DNA from: a virus
Virus record (IMG/VR): IMGVR_UViG_3300045988_170943
Coordinates: 64,001-128,000 of that record
DNA: 64,000 nucleotides
Direction: 5' to 3' (one strand)
The notes below the pieces were generated by a model, which was given only the letters and a program-made list of their open reading frames with translations, ran no database searches and was not told the origin of the DNA. The translations under genes and the position numbers were made by a program. Below, in pieces: positions 28,413-38,495 of the stretch; positions within the stretch are counted from its first letter, which is position 1, and every line of letters starts with the position of its first letter.

Positions 28413-29108
28413 GTGGACATGAATCCGCGTAAGATCGGTGCCATCATTCTTGTTGTGCTCGCGCTCGCGTTCTCGTGCGTGCGGATCGCGGGAGACAACA
28501 AGCCCACAGGAGAGACCACTAAGGATGCAGCCGACTCACAGGCAGTAGTCGAGACCATCAACAACGCCAAGGAGATCCGGGCAACCAAGTCCTGGTTCAC
28601 CTGGGGCGACGAGTGGACAGTCTACGCCGACGACAAAGAGGTGGGGAAAGTCAGGGGTAAGACCTGGCCTGTCCTAGGGGACACCTACTCCCTCTACACG
28701 ACCAATGGGAACCTTGTGGGGTCAGAGTCGGAGAACCCACAGATCATCTCCCACAAGGCCGGAATCTACGACTGGAACAACCAGGAGACTGGACACCTGG
28801 ATGCGGAGATTCTGACATTCCTGGCAAAGGTCCAAGTCTACCACGGTGACACCAAGGTAGGGGTGTCTCAGCAGAAGTTCGGCCTCACCTTCAACACTGA
28901 CATCAAGGATAACAATGATGTTACCGGATGGAAGATGAGTCGCGCGTTCTTCTCCTTCACATCCGACCTCACCATTACGAAGAAGACCGACACCGAGGTC
29001 ACTGGCATGGACGCACTGTGGGTGTCACTCATGATGAGTGAAATCCATGACGCAAAGTCCAGCAGCGACAGCGGGAGCAGCAGCCGAAACCGCTCATCAC
29101 GCCACTAA
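28413..29108 (+). CDS. secreted / membrane-anchored protein with Ser-rich C-terminus
   Basis: An N-terminal signal or TM segment reads 'KIGAIILVVLALAFSCV'. Confidence 0.5.
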   Translation: MDMNPRKIGAIILVVLALAFSCVRIAGDNKPTGETTKDAADSQAVVETINNAKEIRATKSWFTWGDEWTVYADDKEVGKVRGKTWPVLGDTYSLYTTNGNLVGSESENPQIISHKAGIYDWNNQETGHLDAEILTFLAKVQVYHGDTKVGVSQQKFGLTFNTDIKDNNDVTGWKMSRAFFSFTSDLTITKKTDTEVTGMDALWVSLMMSEIHDAKSSSDSGSSSRNRSSRH

Positions 29109-29131
29109 CCCTACAGCAATGGAGAATCAGC

Positions 29132-29416
29132 ATGAACCAGTATATTCAGCAGATAGATGATTTCAATAAGTGGTGGACTAGGGCAGAGTTACAAGTTACG
29201 GCTCTATCTGCCCTGTCCGCTCACAATGATGCAACAGCCATTCAGGACCAGATGAGCCAGGTTGTTGACCTGCTGAAGCAGATTGCTGAGTCGCAAAAAG
29301 TGCAGACCGCGATCCTTGAAGGCATCGCAAAAGACAAGGGCATTAAGAACACCTGGGATGCGCACAGGGAGACAGATCACACGTTAAATGCTGCCACAGA
29401 ACGTAGCATTGAGTGA
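29132..29416 (+). CDS. hypothetical small protein
   Basis: The SD 'ggagaatcagc' precedes the ATG. Confidence 0.5.
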   Translation: MNQYIQQIDDFNKWWTRAELQVTALSALSAHNDATAIQDQMSQVVDLLKQIAESQKVQTAILEGIAKDKGIKNTWDAHRETDHTLNAATERSIE

Positions 29417-29442
29417 GTGACGAGTAACTGGAAAGGTCACTA

Positions 29443-30093
29443 ATGACACGTGTAAACGTCCACAACACTACCGACTGGGATCGTGTTGACTGGAGTAACC
29501 CAGATCTGACTGAAGTGGTTGTTGACATTGATGACCCATATACGGTTATCGATGGCACCGGTAGATGTGACACGAACATTGGTATCGCGGTTGTTGTTGA
29601 TTCCAGGATTGGGGTGGTGAAGAACGTGGGCCATCTTGTTGTCAAACCGCACCCCATTGTCAGATTTCATAAAGATAATCTACGCATTAAAAACTGTACT
29701 GCCGTAAACGTTAATGATGGGGTGATTGTCACTAAAGTTACTGGTTCGAATCTTTTCATGGATGGCTCATCCCTGGTGCTTGTCGCAGAGAATTGCGATG
29801 TCATGTCCATGTCCGGTGATTCTCAAATCAACAAGGCCATTGATTCTGTGATTGACTCCATGATCGATAAGTCAACTATCTGTTTCGCAGATAAGAACAC
29901 CTGTATCAAGTTGATGGAAGATATGTCACAGGTGGATCGTCTTGAAGGGCACATCCTCATGCTTGACGGGTGCGCTTGTGTCGAGAAGATGACGAATGCA
30001 GCAATTGTTGAGACAGCCAGGTGCCGTACCATCGTTCGTAACGTAGAAGACGGTTCCAAGGTGGAGGTAGCGTATGACTATTCCTTAGAATGA
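29443..30093 (+). CDS. paralog family B protein (repetitive, beta-solenoid-like)
   Basis: Shares an N-terminal W..V.W motif, degenerate ~17-residue 'V.G.A.V..V' repeats and a C-terminal 'KVEVA' with the 32970 and 49163 ORFs. Its last 16 nt overlap the tnpB2 stop region. Confidence 0.5.
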   Translation: MTRVNVHNTTDWDRVDWSNPDLTEVVVDIDDPYTVIDGTGRCDTNIGIAVVVDSRIGVVKNVGHLVVKPHPIVRFHKDNLRIKNCTAVNVNDGVIVTKVTGSNLFMDGSSLVLVAENCDVMSMSGDSQINKAIDSVIDSMIDKSTICFADKNTCIKLMEDMSQVDRLEGHILMLDGCACVEKMTNAAIVETARCRTIVRNVEDGSKVEVAYDYSLE

Positions 30094-30222
30094 ACCCCAC
30101 CCACAGTATTAGCGGATAGGTTCGCCTTTGGAATTGTCGTGCCGCTGGTTGTCTGAAACCACACATTGTGGTCCACCGCAGAAACCCTAGTGTCTGCGGG
30201 GCACATCCCCTTACTCACCTCC
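30050..30222 (-). ncRNA. putative ωRNA scaffold of tnpB2, plus a candidate guide (about 30052..30071) lying inside the 3' end of the convergent 29443..30093 CDS
   Basis: This is the same hyperconserved block as at tnpB1 (reverse complement of 30072..30222). The sequence 3' of 'GTCATAC' is unrelated to copy 1. Confidence 0.45.
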
Positions 30223-31645
30223 CTAGAAGGTGTAACAGAGGGGTGAATCTTTGGCCTGTTCTGTGGGGCCTTAGGTGTTGGTTTGTTCTTCGTACCAGGA
30301 TGCTTGAGCGGCTTTGCATGGCACTTGGATCTTCTGATGCGCTTCGTCTTCGTGGCGTGCCGTCTCCTGGTCTGGCAGGCCTTGGCATGGTTGGCTCGCT
30401 GAGCAATATTCGCCGCAGCATTCAGGTCACGGTGATGGGTGATGTCGCATGAATGGCATACGGGATTACTGTAGTCGCTCATGTCCAGGGTAGCCTGACA
30501 CACATGACACCTTTTCGAGGTGAATGCCGCGTTCACTCTGAGGACCCTACCTCCGTCGGACTCAACCATGTCCCGAGTACGCCTGTGGACCTCGCCACGA
30601 AACCAGCGGCCGAACTTCATGGTGTTCTTGATGTGAGACAAGTCCTCAAAGGAGACGATGGCATTGTCATAACGCCAGGCTGCGTCCGCGATCTCCTGAG
30701 CAATGAGGATACTCAGTTCCTTACGACGATTCGACAAGTGAGCCCTGTGAGAAACCGCTTCCTCATCCTTGCCTTTTCTCTTCAAGGATGTTACTTGTAC
30801 CTGCCCGCGCTTGATCTTGTTGCTCAGTGATCTTGCTCTTTGATCGAGTAGAGATTGCTCAACAATCTCCTTATTCTTGGTGTCCCATACCACATAGGCG
30901 GCAGGGTTGGTAACTCCAACATCTACACCAATGATATAGCGCTCAGAGAACTTTGGTCGGCCAGGATCGGTTTTCCCATGAAAACCAAACATCACACGGT
31001 TGTTCTTGTCAACCCAGATGTCTGGGACACCAGGTTCACAACCATCCTCCAACAACTGCGGAGGCACCGGAAAATACAGTACCACCCACTGACCTTGAAC
31101 AATCACCTTCAACTCAATACGATCCGACTTAACAGTCATCTCTCTATATTGCCTATCGGCAGCAGAAAGAGATAATCTAGGTTGCAGAGATGATGGTTTT
31201 GAGTCCCTAACTGTCCTTTTCCAGCCGGTAGAGACATAACCACTATAGTTTTGGTTAACGGCCCCTGCTCTGGTAGCCCAGGACCTTAGATTGGTGACTA
31301 CTTGCTCTCTGAACATACGTTCAAATCTGGAACTACCGCTCCTGAACCGCTCCTTCACCTCAACTGGAAGTTTCAGGCCCATCATATATCCTGCACCTGA
31401 TGGTTTAAGTCTGTCGAAGTAGGTCACCAGCGCAAGGTTCTGCTCGGTCATCTCCCGCAAAGCATAGTGGGCGACCAGTTCAGCATCCGCTCTGATGCCG
31501 TCCAGGACTTCCTTGAGGTTTAGAGGATCGCCACTCTTGCTGAACGCAGCATACGGTGTGCGAGGGTACGTGCGAGACACAGCGCCTCTAGGCACTTCTG
31601 GTGAACCTCCCCTCAAGGACTTGACCGGCTAACGGTGTGTGTGAT
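30072..31645 (-). mobile_element. IS200/IS605-family tnpB-only element, copy 2
   Basis: About 75% nucleotide identity to copy 1 across the ORF and about 93% in the 3' RNA module. Left-end similarity runs up to about 31636. The flanks differ completely. The right end abuts and overlaps the family B gene. Confidence 0.5.
30078..31595 (-). CDS. tnpB: TnpB-like RNA-guided endonuclease, copy 2
   Basis: The same RuvC-I/II/III and zinc-finger motifs as copy 1. The GTG start is preceded by the SD GAGGGGAGG. Confidence 0.8.
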   Translation of the reverse strand: MPRGAVSRTYPRTPYAAFSKSGDPLNLKEVLDGIRADAELVAHYALREMTEQNLALVTYFDRLKPSGAGYMMGLKLPVEVKERFRSGSSRFERMFREQVVTNLRSWATRAGAVNQNYSGYVSTGWKRTVRDSKPSSLQPRLSLSAADRQYREMTVKSDRIELKVIVQGQWVVLYFPVPPQLLEDGCEPGVPDIWVDKNNRVMFGFHGKTDPGRPKFSERYIIGVDVGVTNPAAYVVWDTKNKEIVEQSLLDQRARSLSNKIKRGQVQVTSLKRKGKDEEAVSHRAHLSNRRKELSILIAQEIADAAWRYDNAIVSFEDLSHIKNTMKFGRWFRGEVHRRTRDMVESDGGRVLRVNAAFTSKRCHVCQATLDMSDYSNPVCHSCDITHHRDLNAAANIAQRANHAKACQTRRRHATKTKRIRRSKCHAKPLKHPGTKNKPTPKAPQNRPKIHPSVTPSREVSKGMCPADTRVSAVDHNVWFQTTSGTTIPKANLSANTVGGVHSKE

Positions 31646-32007
31646 AAAAAAGGATTAGTGGAGAGCACCAGCACGAGCAGGATAACGTAACAATACTGGG
31701 CCACAGTGGAATAGACACTGACGGGTTCTGGGTGGGAGAGGTTCTTGTTGAAGACCTAGACGGCAAGAACAATGGTGACACCTTGGGTGGGGAAAGCAAC
31801 CTGTTGACAGTGTATCCACCATATGCTGTCAACCACAGCAGCAAGACGGTTCCCTACAGTTTTAACAAGGAGGATCTGTTGAGTATTGGGTTCTCAGATG
31901 TTGTCGTAAAACGTAGCAGCAAGTGAGTGATGCCACTTGAATCGCATTAGCGACTTCAGAGAGTGTGCCACCTAATCACAATACCAGCAGTGAGGTTAGG
32001 GTAAGAA

Positions 32008-32772
32008 ATGGTTCTATATAGAATGTTTATGTCGCCACATAAGATTGTCTCTGTGCGTGACGAGGCGTACTCTAGGGGCAGTATTCACCAGCAAAACAGG
32101 TTTCTACTGCTTCTCCTGATCTTTGGTTTGGCGTGTTGGCCTTTTAGTGCGAAGGTCGCATGTTTCTTGTCGATAGTTTCTGTCGCTTTCCTTGGCATTA
32201 ACTTCATTTCATGCTTCATGGATGACGAGGATGATTTTGCTTTCAACGCGAATGGTTTAGGGTCTAAGTACATCTTCAAGAGCGACATTATTGAAGTGCC
32301 AAGGCTCGACTTTTCAGTGTGCGATGTTCTTCATCAACTTGATCGTCTCGCATGGCAGGACATTCGCAAGGTTGATGATGCCACTGAGAAAGTTAACAAG
32401 TCAATCAATCAGGCTTTAAAGCGCATCCAGTGGGGAGACCTTCGAGACAAGGTAATGTGGGCACAGGGTGAGCAGAAGCATCTAAGTTTGCACACGGATG
32501 ATTTCGTTTACTACCTGAGTCGCAGTTCATGCCCAGGTCTTAGTGGACCTTGTAACATCATCAGGACGACCCTCAGGAACTATGCCGACAGTCTCACCAA
32601 GATGGCTGACGACATTGACAAAATAGTGGAGAATCGCATGTATGGTGTTCGTAAGTCGTTAGGTGTGTGTCACTGCTATTCCGACGTAGAGGGTGACATT
32701 GAAGACACCATGGGCGAGAGTGCCACTTCTGGTGCAGACACGGACACCCTCTGGGATGAAACCTCCTTCTGA
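32008..32772 (+). CDS. membrane protein
   Basis: Two N-terminal TM segments. The start is uncertain because the SD is weak. Confidence 0.45.
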   Translation: MVLYRMFMSPHKIVSVRDEAYSRGSIHQQNRFLLLLLIFGLACWPFSAKVACFLSIVSVAFLGINFISCFMDDEDDFAFNANGLGSKYIFKSDIIEVPRLDFSVCDVLHQLDRLAWQDIRKVDDATEKVNKSINQALKRIQWGDLRDKVMWAQGEQKHLSLHTDDFVYYLSRSSCPGLSGPCNIIRTTLRNYADSLTKMADDIDKIVENRMYGVRKSLGVCHCYSDVEGDIEDTMGESATSGADTDTLWDETSF

Positions 32773-32969
32773 CACAAGGTTGGCACTGGAGACGACCGGC
32801 AGGCGGGCTGACATCTAGAACTTATTCTGGGTGCAGGATTACTCCTCCCCGTCTTAGTGACAGCCTGAAGCAAAAGAACGTGTCTCTCATTGTAAGACAT
32901 GCTTGTCGTTTAGGGATATTCTCTACATGTATCCCACAATGAGAGCATGACGCAGAGAGGCACTGAACC

Positions 32970-33998
32970 ATGGCGACGAAGACGGTCAAGATCTGGTCTG
33001 ACGGGGACTGGCAGCACGTCATCAACAATCCCTCCAGCCACGACGGAGATACCGTTGTCGTACTGGGGGAGGTTCACACAATCGAACCGCCAGAAGGCGC
33101 TCACCTCAACATAGTTCTCAACATCTCTGGGAACGCCAAGGTGCGCAAGATCTATGGTGTGGACATCCAGTCCATCGACGGCAACGCCAGGGTTGATACC
33201 GTCTTAAGCGACTGCTGCATCAAGGACATCAAAGGCGATGCAGTAGTAGGTGAGATCGCCTATGATTGCGAAGTGAAGAACATCAGTGAGAACGCTGTTA
33301 TCGGGATGTTGACGAACTTCCGTGGACATGTTGGGCGCATAGAGGGGTACGTTAAGGTTGGTCAAGGGTCAGATGTTCTCATTGCAGATATGTGTGAACA
33401 TGCCAGTATCCATTCTGTGCACAACAGTAGGGTTCTGTCAGTCGCGGATGAAGCGAAAATCAACCACGTTTTAGGCAGGTCATCCATCACATACTATGGT
33501 GGGTGCTCTCCAGACACTTCAGGTAGCAGCAGTGTCGCCTATTTGAGTGACGGAATCGCATGGGACCGGGGCTGCAATGATGCCGTAACCATCCCTATCA
33601 GAAACCCCAAACAGAGCAATATTTTTGAGGCGTTAGACCATTTAGGGTATGTCGTCTCTGACAGCAAGGTCACTTGCTACATAGTGGCCGATCAGGACGG
33701 CATGATGCTCACATATCGAGGCGAGAAGGCTGAAGCCCGTATTGGAGAATCCATCACCCCAGGTTACGGGGACGCTGTAAAGGCGAAGAGCACTCCCAGG
33801 GGGATCCTCTCTCTTCAAATCCCCCACCTTGCTAAATACCCTGACGGTCGCCTGAATCCAGTCAGGTTCTTTGAGTGCAAGGCCCATATAAAAAACTGCT
33901 ACATCAACTACTCAACCCTGTCAGCATCCCTGTTCGCCAACAGGGTGCAGGTGGTACGTGAAGTAGACGAGAACACACTACCAGTCACCAACAAGTAG
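32970..33998 (+). CDS. paralog family B protein (beta-solenoid-like)
   Basis: Shares repeats with the 29443 and 49163 ORFs. Confidence 0.5.
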   Translation: MATKTVKIWSDGDWQHVINNPSSHDGDTVVVLGEVHTIEPPEGAHLNIVLNISGNAKVRKIYGVDIQSIDGNARVDTVLSDCCIKDIKGDAVVGEIAYDCEVKNISENAVIGMLTNFRGHVGRIEGYVKVGQGSDVLIADMCEHASIHSVHNSRVLSVADEAKINHVLGRSSITYYGGCSPDTSGSSSVAYLSDGIAWDRGCNDAVTIPIRNPKQSNIFEALDHLGYVVSDSKVTCYIVADQDGMMLTYRGEKAEARIGESITPGYGDAVKAKSTPRGILSLQIPHLAKYPDGRLNPVRFFECKAHIKNCYINYSTLSASLFANRVQVVREVDENTLPVTNK

Positions 33999-34018
33999 AA
34001 CCCGCCCCTCACCTAGTA

Positions 34019-34063
34019 GGGGTTGCGCGACACCCGCCATCCTGCTACAATGAGCGCAACCCC
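34019..34063. terminator. hairpin (10-bp stem ggggttgcgc/gcgcaacccc)
   Basis: Between the convergent genes 32970..33998 (+) and 34159..34632 (-). Confidence 0.4.
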
Positions 34064-34094
34064 GCTGGGACAACCTACTCTTGACAACACGCAA

Positions 34095-34139
34095 CGAGGC
34101 CCCTGTGAACGTTCTGGAATGGCGCTCACAGGGGCCTCG
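34095..34139. terminator. bidirectional terminator hairpin (perfect 14-bp stem cgaggcccctgtga/tcacaggggcctcg)
   Basis: Read directly from the sequence. Confidence 0.5.
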
Positions 34140-34158
34140 CTCTAGCGTAGTTGAGTTG

Positions 34159-34632
34159 TCACCCTACTTCGCTCATCGCCTTCTCCAGTAGGTAGCCCCA
34201 CTCGTTCGGCTTATCATGGAGAGGGTCGCTGTCCGGCGGAGTAGAGAGAACCCTGTCGCCAGAGCCCTTCTCCTTGAAGACAGTCCTGATGGACACCTGC
34301 CCAACTGGCTCCACCTCTGGGGCGTCCTGGGGATCCTGATAGTCGCACTCCTGCATCTCAGTAGCCCCTTCCTCCCAGTAAATCTCATAGTACTTACCGT
34401 CGTCATGCATCTTGACGATACCAGTGTAGTACACTGACCACCTTCCGCGATCAGTCACCTCAGATTGAACGATGTTCCCCTCCTTACTGAATCCGCTGGA
34501 CAGACTCTCGATCTGTTCGCTTGTAAAGTGTCGCATGAATATGCTCCTTTGTTTACTCTCTGTGCGTGTGTTCTTCTTGACTCTACCCGACAAGTATTGT
34601 GGCTGTCTACACCAAGGCCCTAGTTCGCGCAT
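34159..34632 (-). CDS. hypothetical protein
   Basis: 157-aa ORF. Confidence 0.45.
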   Translation of the reverse strand: MRELGPWCRQPQYLSGRVKKNTRTESKQRSIFMRHFTSEQIESLSSGFSKEGNIVQSEVTDRGRWSVYYTGIVKMHDDGKYYEIYWEEGATEMQECDYQDPQDAPEVEPVGQVSIRTVFKEKGSGDRVLSTPPDSDPLHDKPNEWGYLLEKAMSEVG

Positions 34633-34781
34633 GTGTTCGCTACTTGAAGTGTGCTTCTTGATCGACGTTCAACCTTATCGACCATCCCCCAGGCCCGTTG
34701 GCACAGGGTGTTGTCCTTGCCACACAGGGAGCGCTCTCTAACCCGCCGGACATCTTCTACTGTTGTGCCGTCTTTCAAGAA

Positions 34782-35555
34782 CTACTGACCTTCAATGGAA
34801 GCGTACTTGTTGTCAGTTTCATTATTCTTCCAAATAGGGAAGTCCTCTATGGCTGAGGGGCTTTCAAAGGTCACCTGGTCTGCTTCGCAACTACTGGGGA
34901 AAATCATGTCGATCATATGGGCTGCTTCACTGGTCATGTGATCTTCATAATCACGGCGTCCCTTTTTGGTAACCTGTTCGATAAACTCGGCCGCATCATA
35001 GATCTTAGACACAACAGAGTTCACTATCTCGCTCCGACCGGGAGTGTCTTCGTCAAGTAACAGCACTGCAATGACGTGCTCGTCACGCAGTATGGTCTCT
35101 ACCTCCGAGACCTTCTCAATAACCAGTTGGAAAGCATCTGAGTCAGACCACTGCGTATCATATACAGTGGTAACATACTGATTCAGCGATTCTCTGAGCA
35201 AAGACAGGGCTGCATCAAACTCAGACAGGTAACCGTAACCTTTGTTCTTGAATAGTTTCTCTGGAATGTACAGAGAGATGAGCTGAGTACCCACTCGCTC
35301 CCTATAGACAGGCGTCATGCCGTGGATAGTATCAATGTCCATGATGTTACATACGGTAAGTAATGTAAAGATTAGTGACATCAACCCGCAAAAACCTACA
35401 GCCAAGACATTAGGTTCAACCTTGAAGGACAGGCCCCAGAAAAACCAGGTAACAAACATTGATTGTGCAATATTGAAGAAATAATAAGCGTTAAACCTAG
35501 CGCGCCACCTGGAAGAAGACCATAGAGTGGACTTCTTTTGATCTTTTCTACTCAC
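34782..35555 (-). CDS. membrane protein
   Basis: Three predicted N-terminal TM segments. Confidence 0.5.
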   Translation of the reverse strand: MSRKDQKKSTLWSSSRWRARFNAYYFFNIAQSMFVTWFFWGLSFKVEPNVLAVGFCGLMSLIFTLLTVCNIMDIDTIHGMTPVYRERVGTQLISLYIPEKLFKNKGYGYLSEFDAALSLLRESLNQYVTTVYDTQWSDSDAFQLVIEKVSEVETILRDEHVIAVLLLDEDTPGRSEIVNSVVSKIYDAAEFIEQVTKKGRRDYEDHMTSEAAHMIDMIFPSSCEADQVTFESPSAIEDFPIWKNNETDNKYASIEGQ

Positions 35556-35681
35556 AGAACTCTCCCGTCTCCACTATCTAAGTAAACCTCTGTGCCACTC
35601 ATTAACAATACATATAGTGTTTTACCCCACAGACTCATCCCTATTGTCCGTGTCCTTCGAAGATCACAAAAGGTCGCCAGG

Positions 35682-36057
35682 TCATGTGACATTGTCAACA
35701 GGGTAGAGGATCACCCTCATGATGGGTGTGTGCCTGCCACAAAAGTCAATCATGATGAAACTTTCCCCCATGGTCCACGTGACGTCACTGATGACCTGCC
35801 CAGTTGAGCCATAGTCGTAAACCTCCCTAACTGAGAACGGCTCCGCATCGAAGGAGGGGAGATGGCTCAGCATGATGCGGTGACCGCCATCGAACTCAAT
35901 GACTACTCCACGCTCCCCTGTTGTCTTTGAGCGAACCCGGTACGCTTGGGATACCGTTCGCCCAATCGACTTGACCTTGATCTCCTCCAGTTCCCGTACC
36001 GCACTGTCGGAGTGGCTGCGCCACAAGAATCGCCAGTAGTCCCACCTTGAAGCCATG
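35682..36057 (-). CDS. hypothetical protein
   Basis: The internal ATG at 36057 (MASRWDYW...) is preceded by the SD 'aggaggg'. Confidence 0.45.
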
Positions 36058-36112
36058 AGATTCCCTCCTGATCCTGTTGTTTCTTCTCGACCAGTTTTGG
36101 GCTGGCTGCTCT

Positions 36113-36466
36113 TCAGGGAAGAATCGGCTTGTTGTCTGCGTCCCAACGGCTGTCGATCCGCAGCATCCCGTATGCCCATGCTGCGTCCATGAGGTCCGTG
36201 CGGAAATTGTGTGCAGGATCTATGTCCCCACTGCGGTCAGGGAAGATGGGCTGGTTCATCTCGTGTAGGTCAACAACCTGCAAAGCATTTTTAAGGGCAT
36301 CTAGGGCGTCTCGCACCCCAGACTCAGTGAGAGTGAGGTCATCCTGGTCCAGTTCCTTGACCCCATTAGGGAAGTACGCGATTCGGTTACATGAGTCGAT
36401 CGCTGCTGATGCCGCAAGCCTGATCTTGCGGCTAATCCACTTCAGTCGCTTAGCCGTAGCATCCAT
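36113..36466 (-). CDS. hypothetical protein
   Basis: The ATG at 36466 (MDATAKRLKW...) is preceded by the SD 'aggaga'. Confidence 0.4.
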   Translation of the reverse strand: MDATAKRLKWISRKIRLAASAAIDSCNRIAYFPNGVKELDQDDLTLTESGVRDALDALKNALQVVDLHEMNQPIFPDRSGDIDPAHNFRTDLMDAAWAYGMLRIDSRWDADNKPILP

Positions 36467-36846
36467 GACTTCTCCTGTTGTTTGTGCTGTCATGTTTCTT
36501 CTGGTGCTAACTCTACACCACCATACAGTCAGACATCTACCCTGAAAGCATGTGACATGGGACACAGGCGCACCGACCAGGATGGCAGTATAAGGTTGAC
36601 GACTCAAGGCGCCCCTGGCGAGGCAATCTAGTGTGCCTTGTTGCGCGTTCTGCGCCACACGAAACGCGGTCACCCGCCGCCACCAGCCAACGACATGGAG
36701 GGCCGCTGGAGCACCCCACGGAAGGCACTGAAGTTACGAAAGAACCCAAGAGTAATGGTGTAGAGCACGTTTGACAACCCCTCTCTGGCGGTTAGATACT
36801 ATTCCAGGAACAGAGAACCCGTCACCCCACCCCCAAGGAGCCACCT

Positions 36847-37815
36847 ATGTGGATGCACTGGAGCGAGAAGAAGAAAAGTATGATGCCCTGTGCTGGGCCA
36901 GGCCGCTGCCAGTTCGGTGACGCCCCGCACGCGAGCACACAGGCAGAGTGTGACGCCATTGTCGCCAAGATGATGGGTAAAGAGGTGGGCGACCTTGGGG
37001 GAACCAGGAGACCCAGGAAAGACGCGGGTCTGAAGTTTGATACCACTACCCTGGAGGGGCAGCAGGCTCACGACGTCGCCGCCATGAAAGAGTACGTGGC
37101 CGCCAACAAGGCCCTGGATCGTGAAGAGTACTACCGGGGCCACGCGGGCTGGTTCTATGAAAGGGGCCTGATCCCTGGAGGTCAGAGAAATTGGCGGAAG
37201 ATGCCCACAAAGAAGATGGTCAGTGACCTCAGGGCTCTGCATGAGCAAGTGATCGCTGAAAGGGGTTATGACCGTAACGGATACGGTGATATGGCTGACA
37301 AGATGGAGGCCGCGCGGGTTGCTGTTGATGAGCACTACGAGCGGTACCGGAAACTTGACAGCCAGTATGCGGGGTGGTCGAGGTTCTTCCTCACCAACAA
37401 CACTAACGGTCACATTCATTCATCCATGGAGTGCTCTACCTGCAACCGCAATGGTAAGAGGACCCAGTTCGAGTGGCTACCTGAACTGAGCGGGCTGAAC
37501 GAGAAGCAAGCCATCCAGAAGCATGGGCCACGCCTATGCACCACGTGCTTCCCGGACGCGCCACTGGACTGGACCAACGGTGGTGAGGCAGAACCTAAGG
37601 GTAGGAAGAGGCAGGTCCCTGAGGGTGTGTGCCCAGGTTCCGGCAGCAGCGAGTACGACGAGATGACAATGAACGAGTATGAGGGGTACAGGTCGGTTCC
37701 TGGCGGCACAATGAAGGTAACGGACAGGTACGTTGACTGCCCTGAGTGCGGCAAGCAGTTCAAACTTACCGCTAAGGGTGTCATCCGTAAGCACAAGATC
37801 CCAAAGAAGAAATAA
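36847..37815 (+). CDS. Cys-rich (multiple zinc-finger-like) protein
   Basis: The SD 'caaggagccacct' precedes the ATG. Contains CxxC pairs: 'CSTCNRNG', 'CTTCFPD' and 'CPECGKQ'. The overlapping minus-strand ORF 36799..37419 was rejected. Confidence 0.55.
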   Translation: MWMHWSEKKKSMMPCAGPGRCQFGDAPHASTQAECDAIVAKMMGKEVGDLGGTRRPRKDAGLKFDTTTLEGQQAHDVAAMKEYVAANKALDREEYYRGHAGWFYERGLIPGGQRNWRKMPTKKMVSDLRALHEQVIAERGYDRNGYGDMADKMEAARVAVDEHYERYRKLDSQYAGWSRFFLTNNTNGHIHSSMECSTCNRNGKRTQFEWLPELSGLNEKQAIQKHGPRLCTTCFPDAPLDWTNGGEAEPKGRKRQVPEGVCPGSGSSEYDEMTMNEYEGYRSVPGGTMKVTDRYVDCPECGKQFKLTAKGVIRKHKIPKKK

Positions 37816-37873
37816 GCACACTGTCCGCCTGTCTTTCCATAAAACTGGATTGCGGGATGGTAGACAGGGCAAG

Positions 37874-37920
37874 TCGTCGCACCTACTCTATTCGTGTGAG
37901 TAGGTGCGACGACTTTTCTT
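37874..37920 (+). terminator. strong intrinsic terminator (perfect 16-bp stem + TTTTCTT)
   Basis: Stem 'gtcgtcgcacctactc...gagtaggtgcgacgac', followed by a T-run. Confidence 0.65.
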
Positions 37921-37997
37921 GCCGCATACTCGCGTTGAACAGGCGATAAGGCAGGCAGGGAAGATGACTTTTCTGCTGACACCAAGGTGATGTGCTG

Positions 37998-38045
37998 GGG
38001 TTCACACTCGCTCATGTTGACTGGAACGCCACCTTGGTGGGACAA
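37998..38045 (+). promoter_or_regulatory. composite promoter motif GGTTCACAC-N8-GTTGAC (weak -10)
   Basis: Motif instance upstream of the 38138 gene. Confidence 0.3.
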
Positions 38046-38137
38046 TCTGCTCAGACCAGGCCATGCTCATGGTTCTGGGAAGAAACCATCCGAACCTGTA
38101 TCCCAGTGAATGCAGGCTACAAACAAGGAGCAGAGAC

Positions 38138-38452
38138 ATGTCCTACAAGAACGTGACCCGCAACTACCGCATCGGAGGAGAGGACTTCTCCCTCGTCTGC
38201 ACCCAGTCTTCAGGTAAGGGTAAGAAGTCCTACAATGTGGTCAACTCCCGCAGCCGTGTGGTTGGTCGAGTTGTGTCTATTCGTGGCTACCGTGACTGGT
38301 GGCAGAAGGGACGCAAGACGTCGTACCTGGTGTCTGTGCCTGGGGATCGTTCGGTGCTTCAGGGTGGTGCTCTCCGTTACCAGACGCTCACTTCTGCTGT
38401 TGAGGCTGTTGCGAAGGCTTCACTGATTAAGGTGAGTGTTCTTAGTGTCTGA
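38138..38452 (+). CDS. hypothetical basic protein
   Basis: The SD 'caaggagcagagac' precedes the ATG. Confidence 0.5.
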   Translation: MSYKNVTRNYRIGGEDFSLVCTQSSGKGKKSYNVVNSRSRVVGRVVSIRGYRDWWQKGRKTSYLVSVPGDRSVLQGGALRYQTLTSAVEAVAKASLIKVSVLSV

Positions 38453-38495
38453 GCCCGCGCTAGACCCGAGAGACTGAAATGCTAGGGGAGTTTCA

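Noticed and set aside
29738-29750. 'GGTTCGAATCT', similar to a tRNA T-loop
   Set aside because: It lies inside the well-supported CDS 29443..30093. The flanks cannot form acceptor or T stems. No tRNA genes were found anywhere in the window.
31732-31926. 64-aa + strand ORF between the tnpB2 left end and gene 32008
   Set aside because: It has a weak or absent SD and a GTG start inferred only from the track. It could be real, but the evidence is insufficient.
36129-36545. + strand ORF overlapping the minus-strand genes 35682..36057 and 36113..36466
   Set aside because: The minus-strand ORFs have clear SD + ATG starts. The + ORF lacks an SD and has an Arg/Ser-rich translation.
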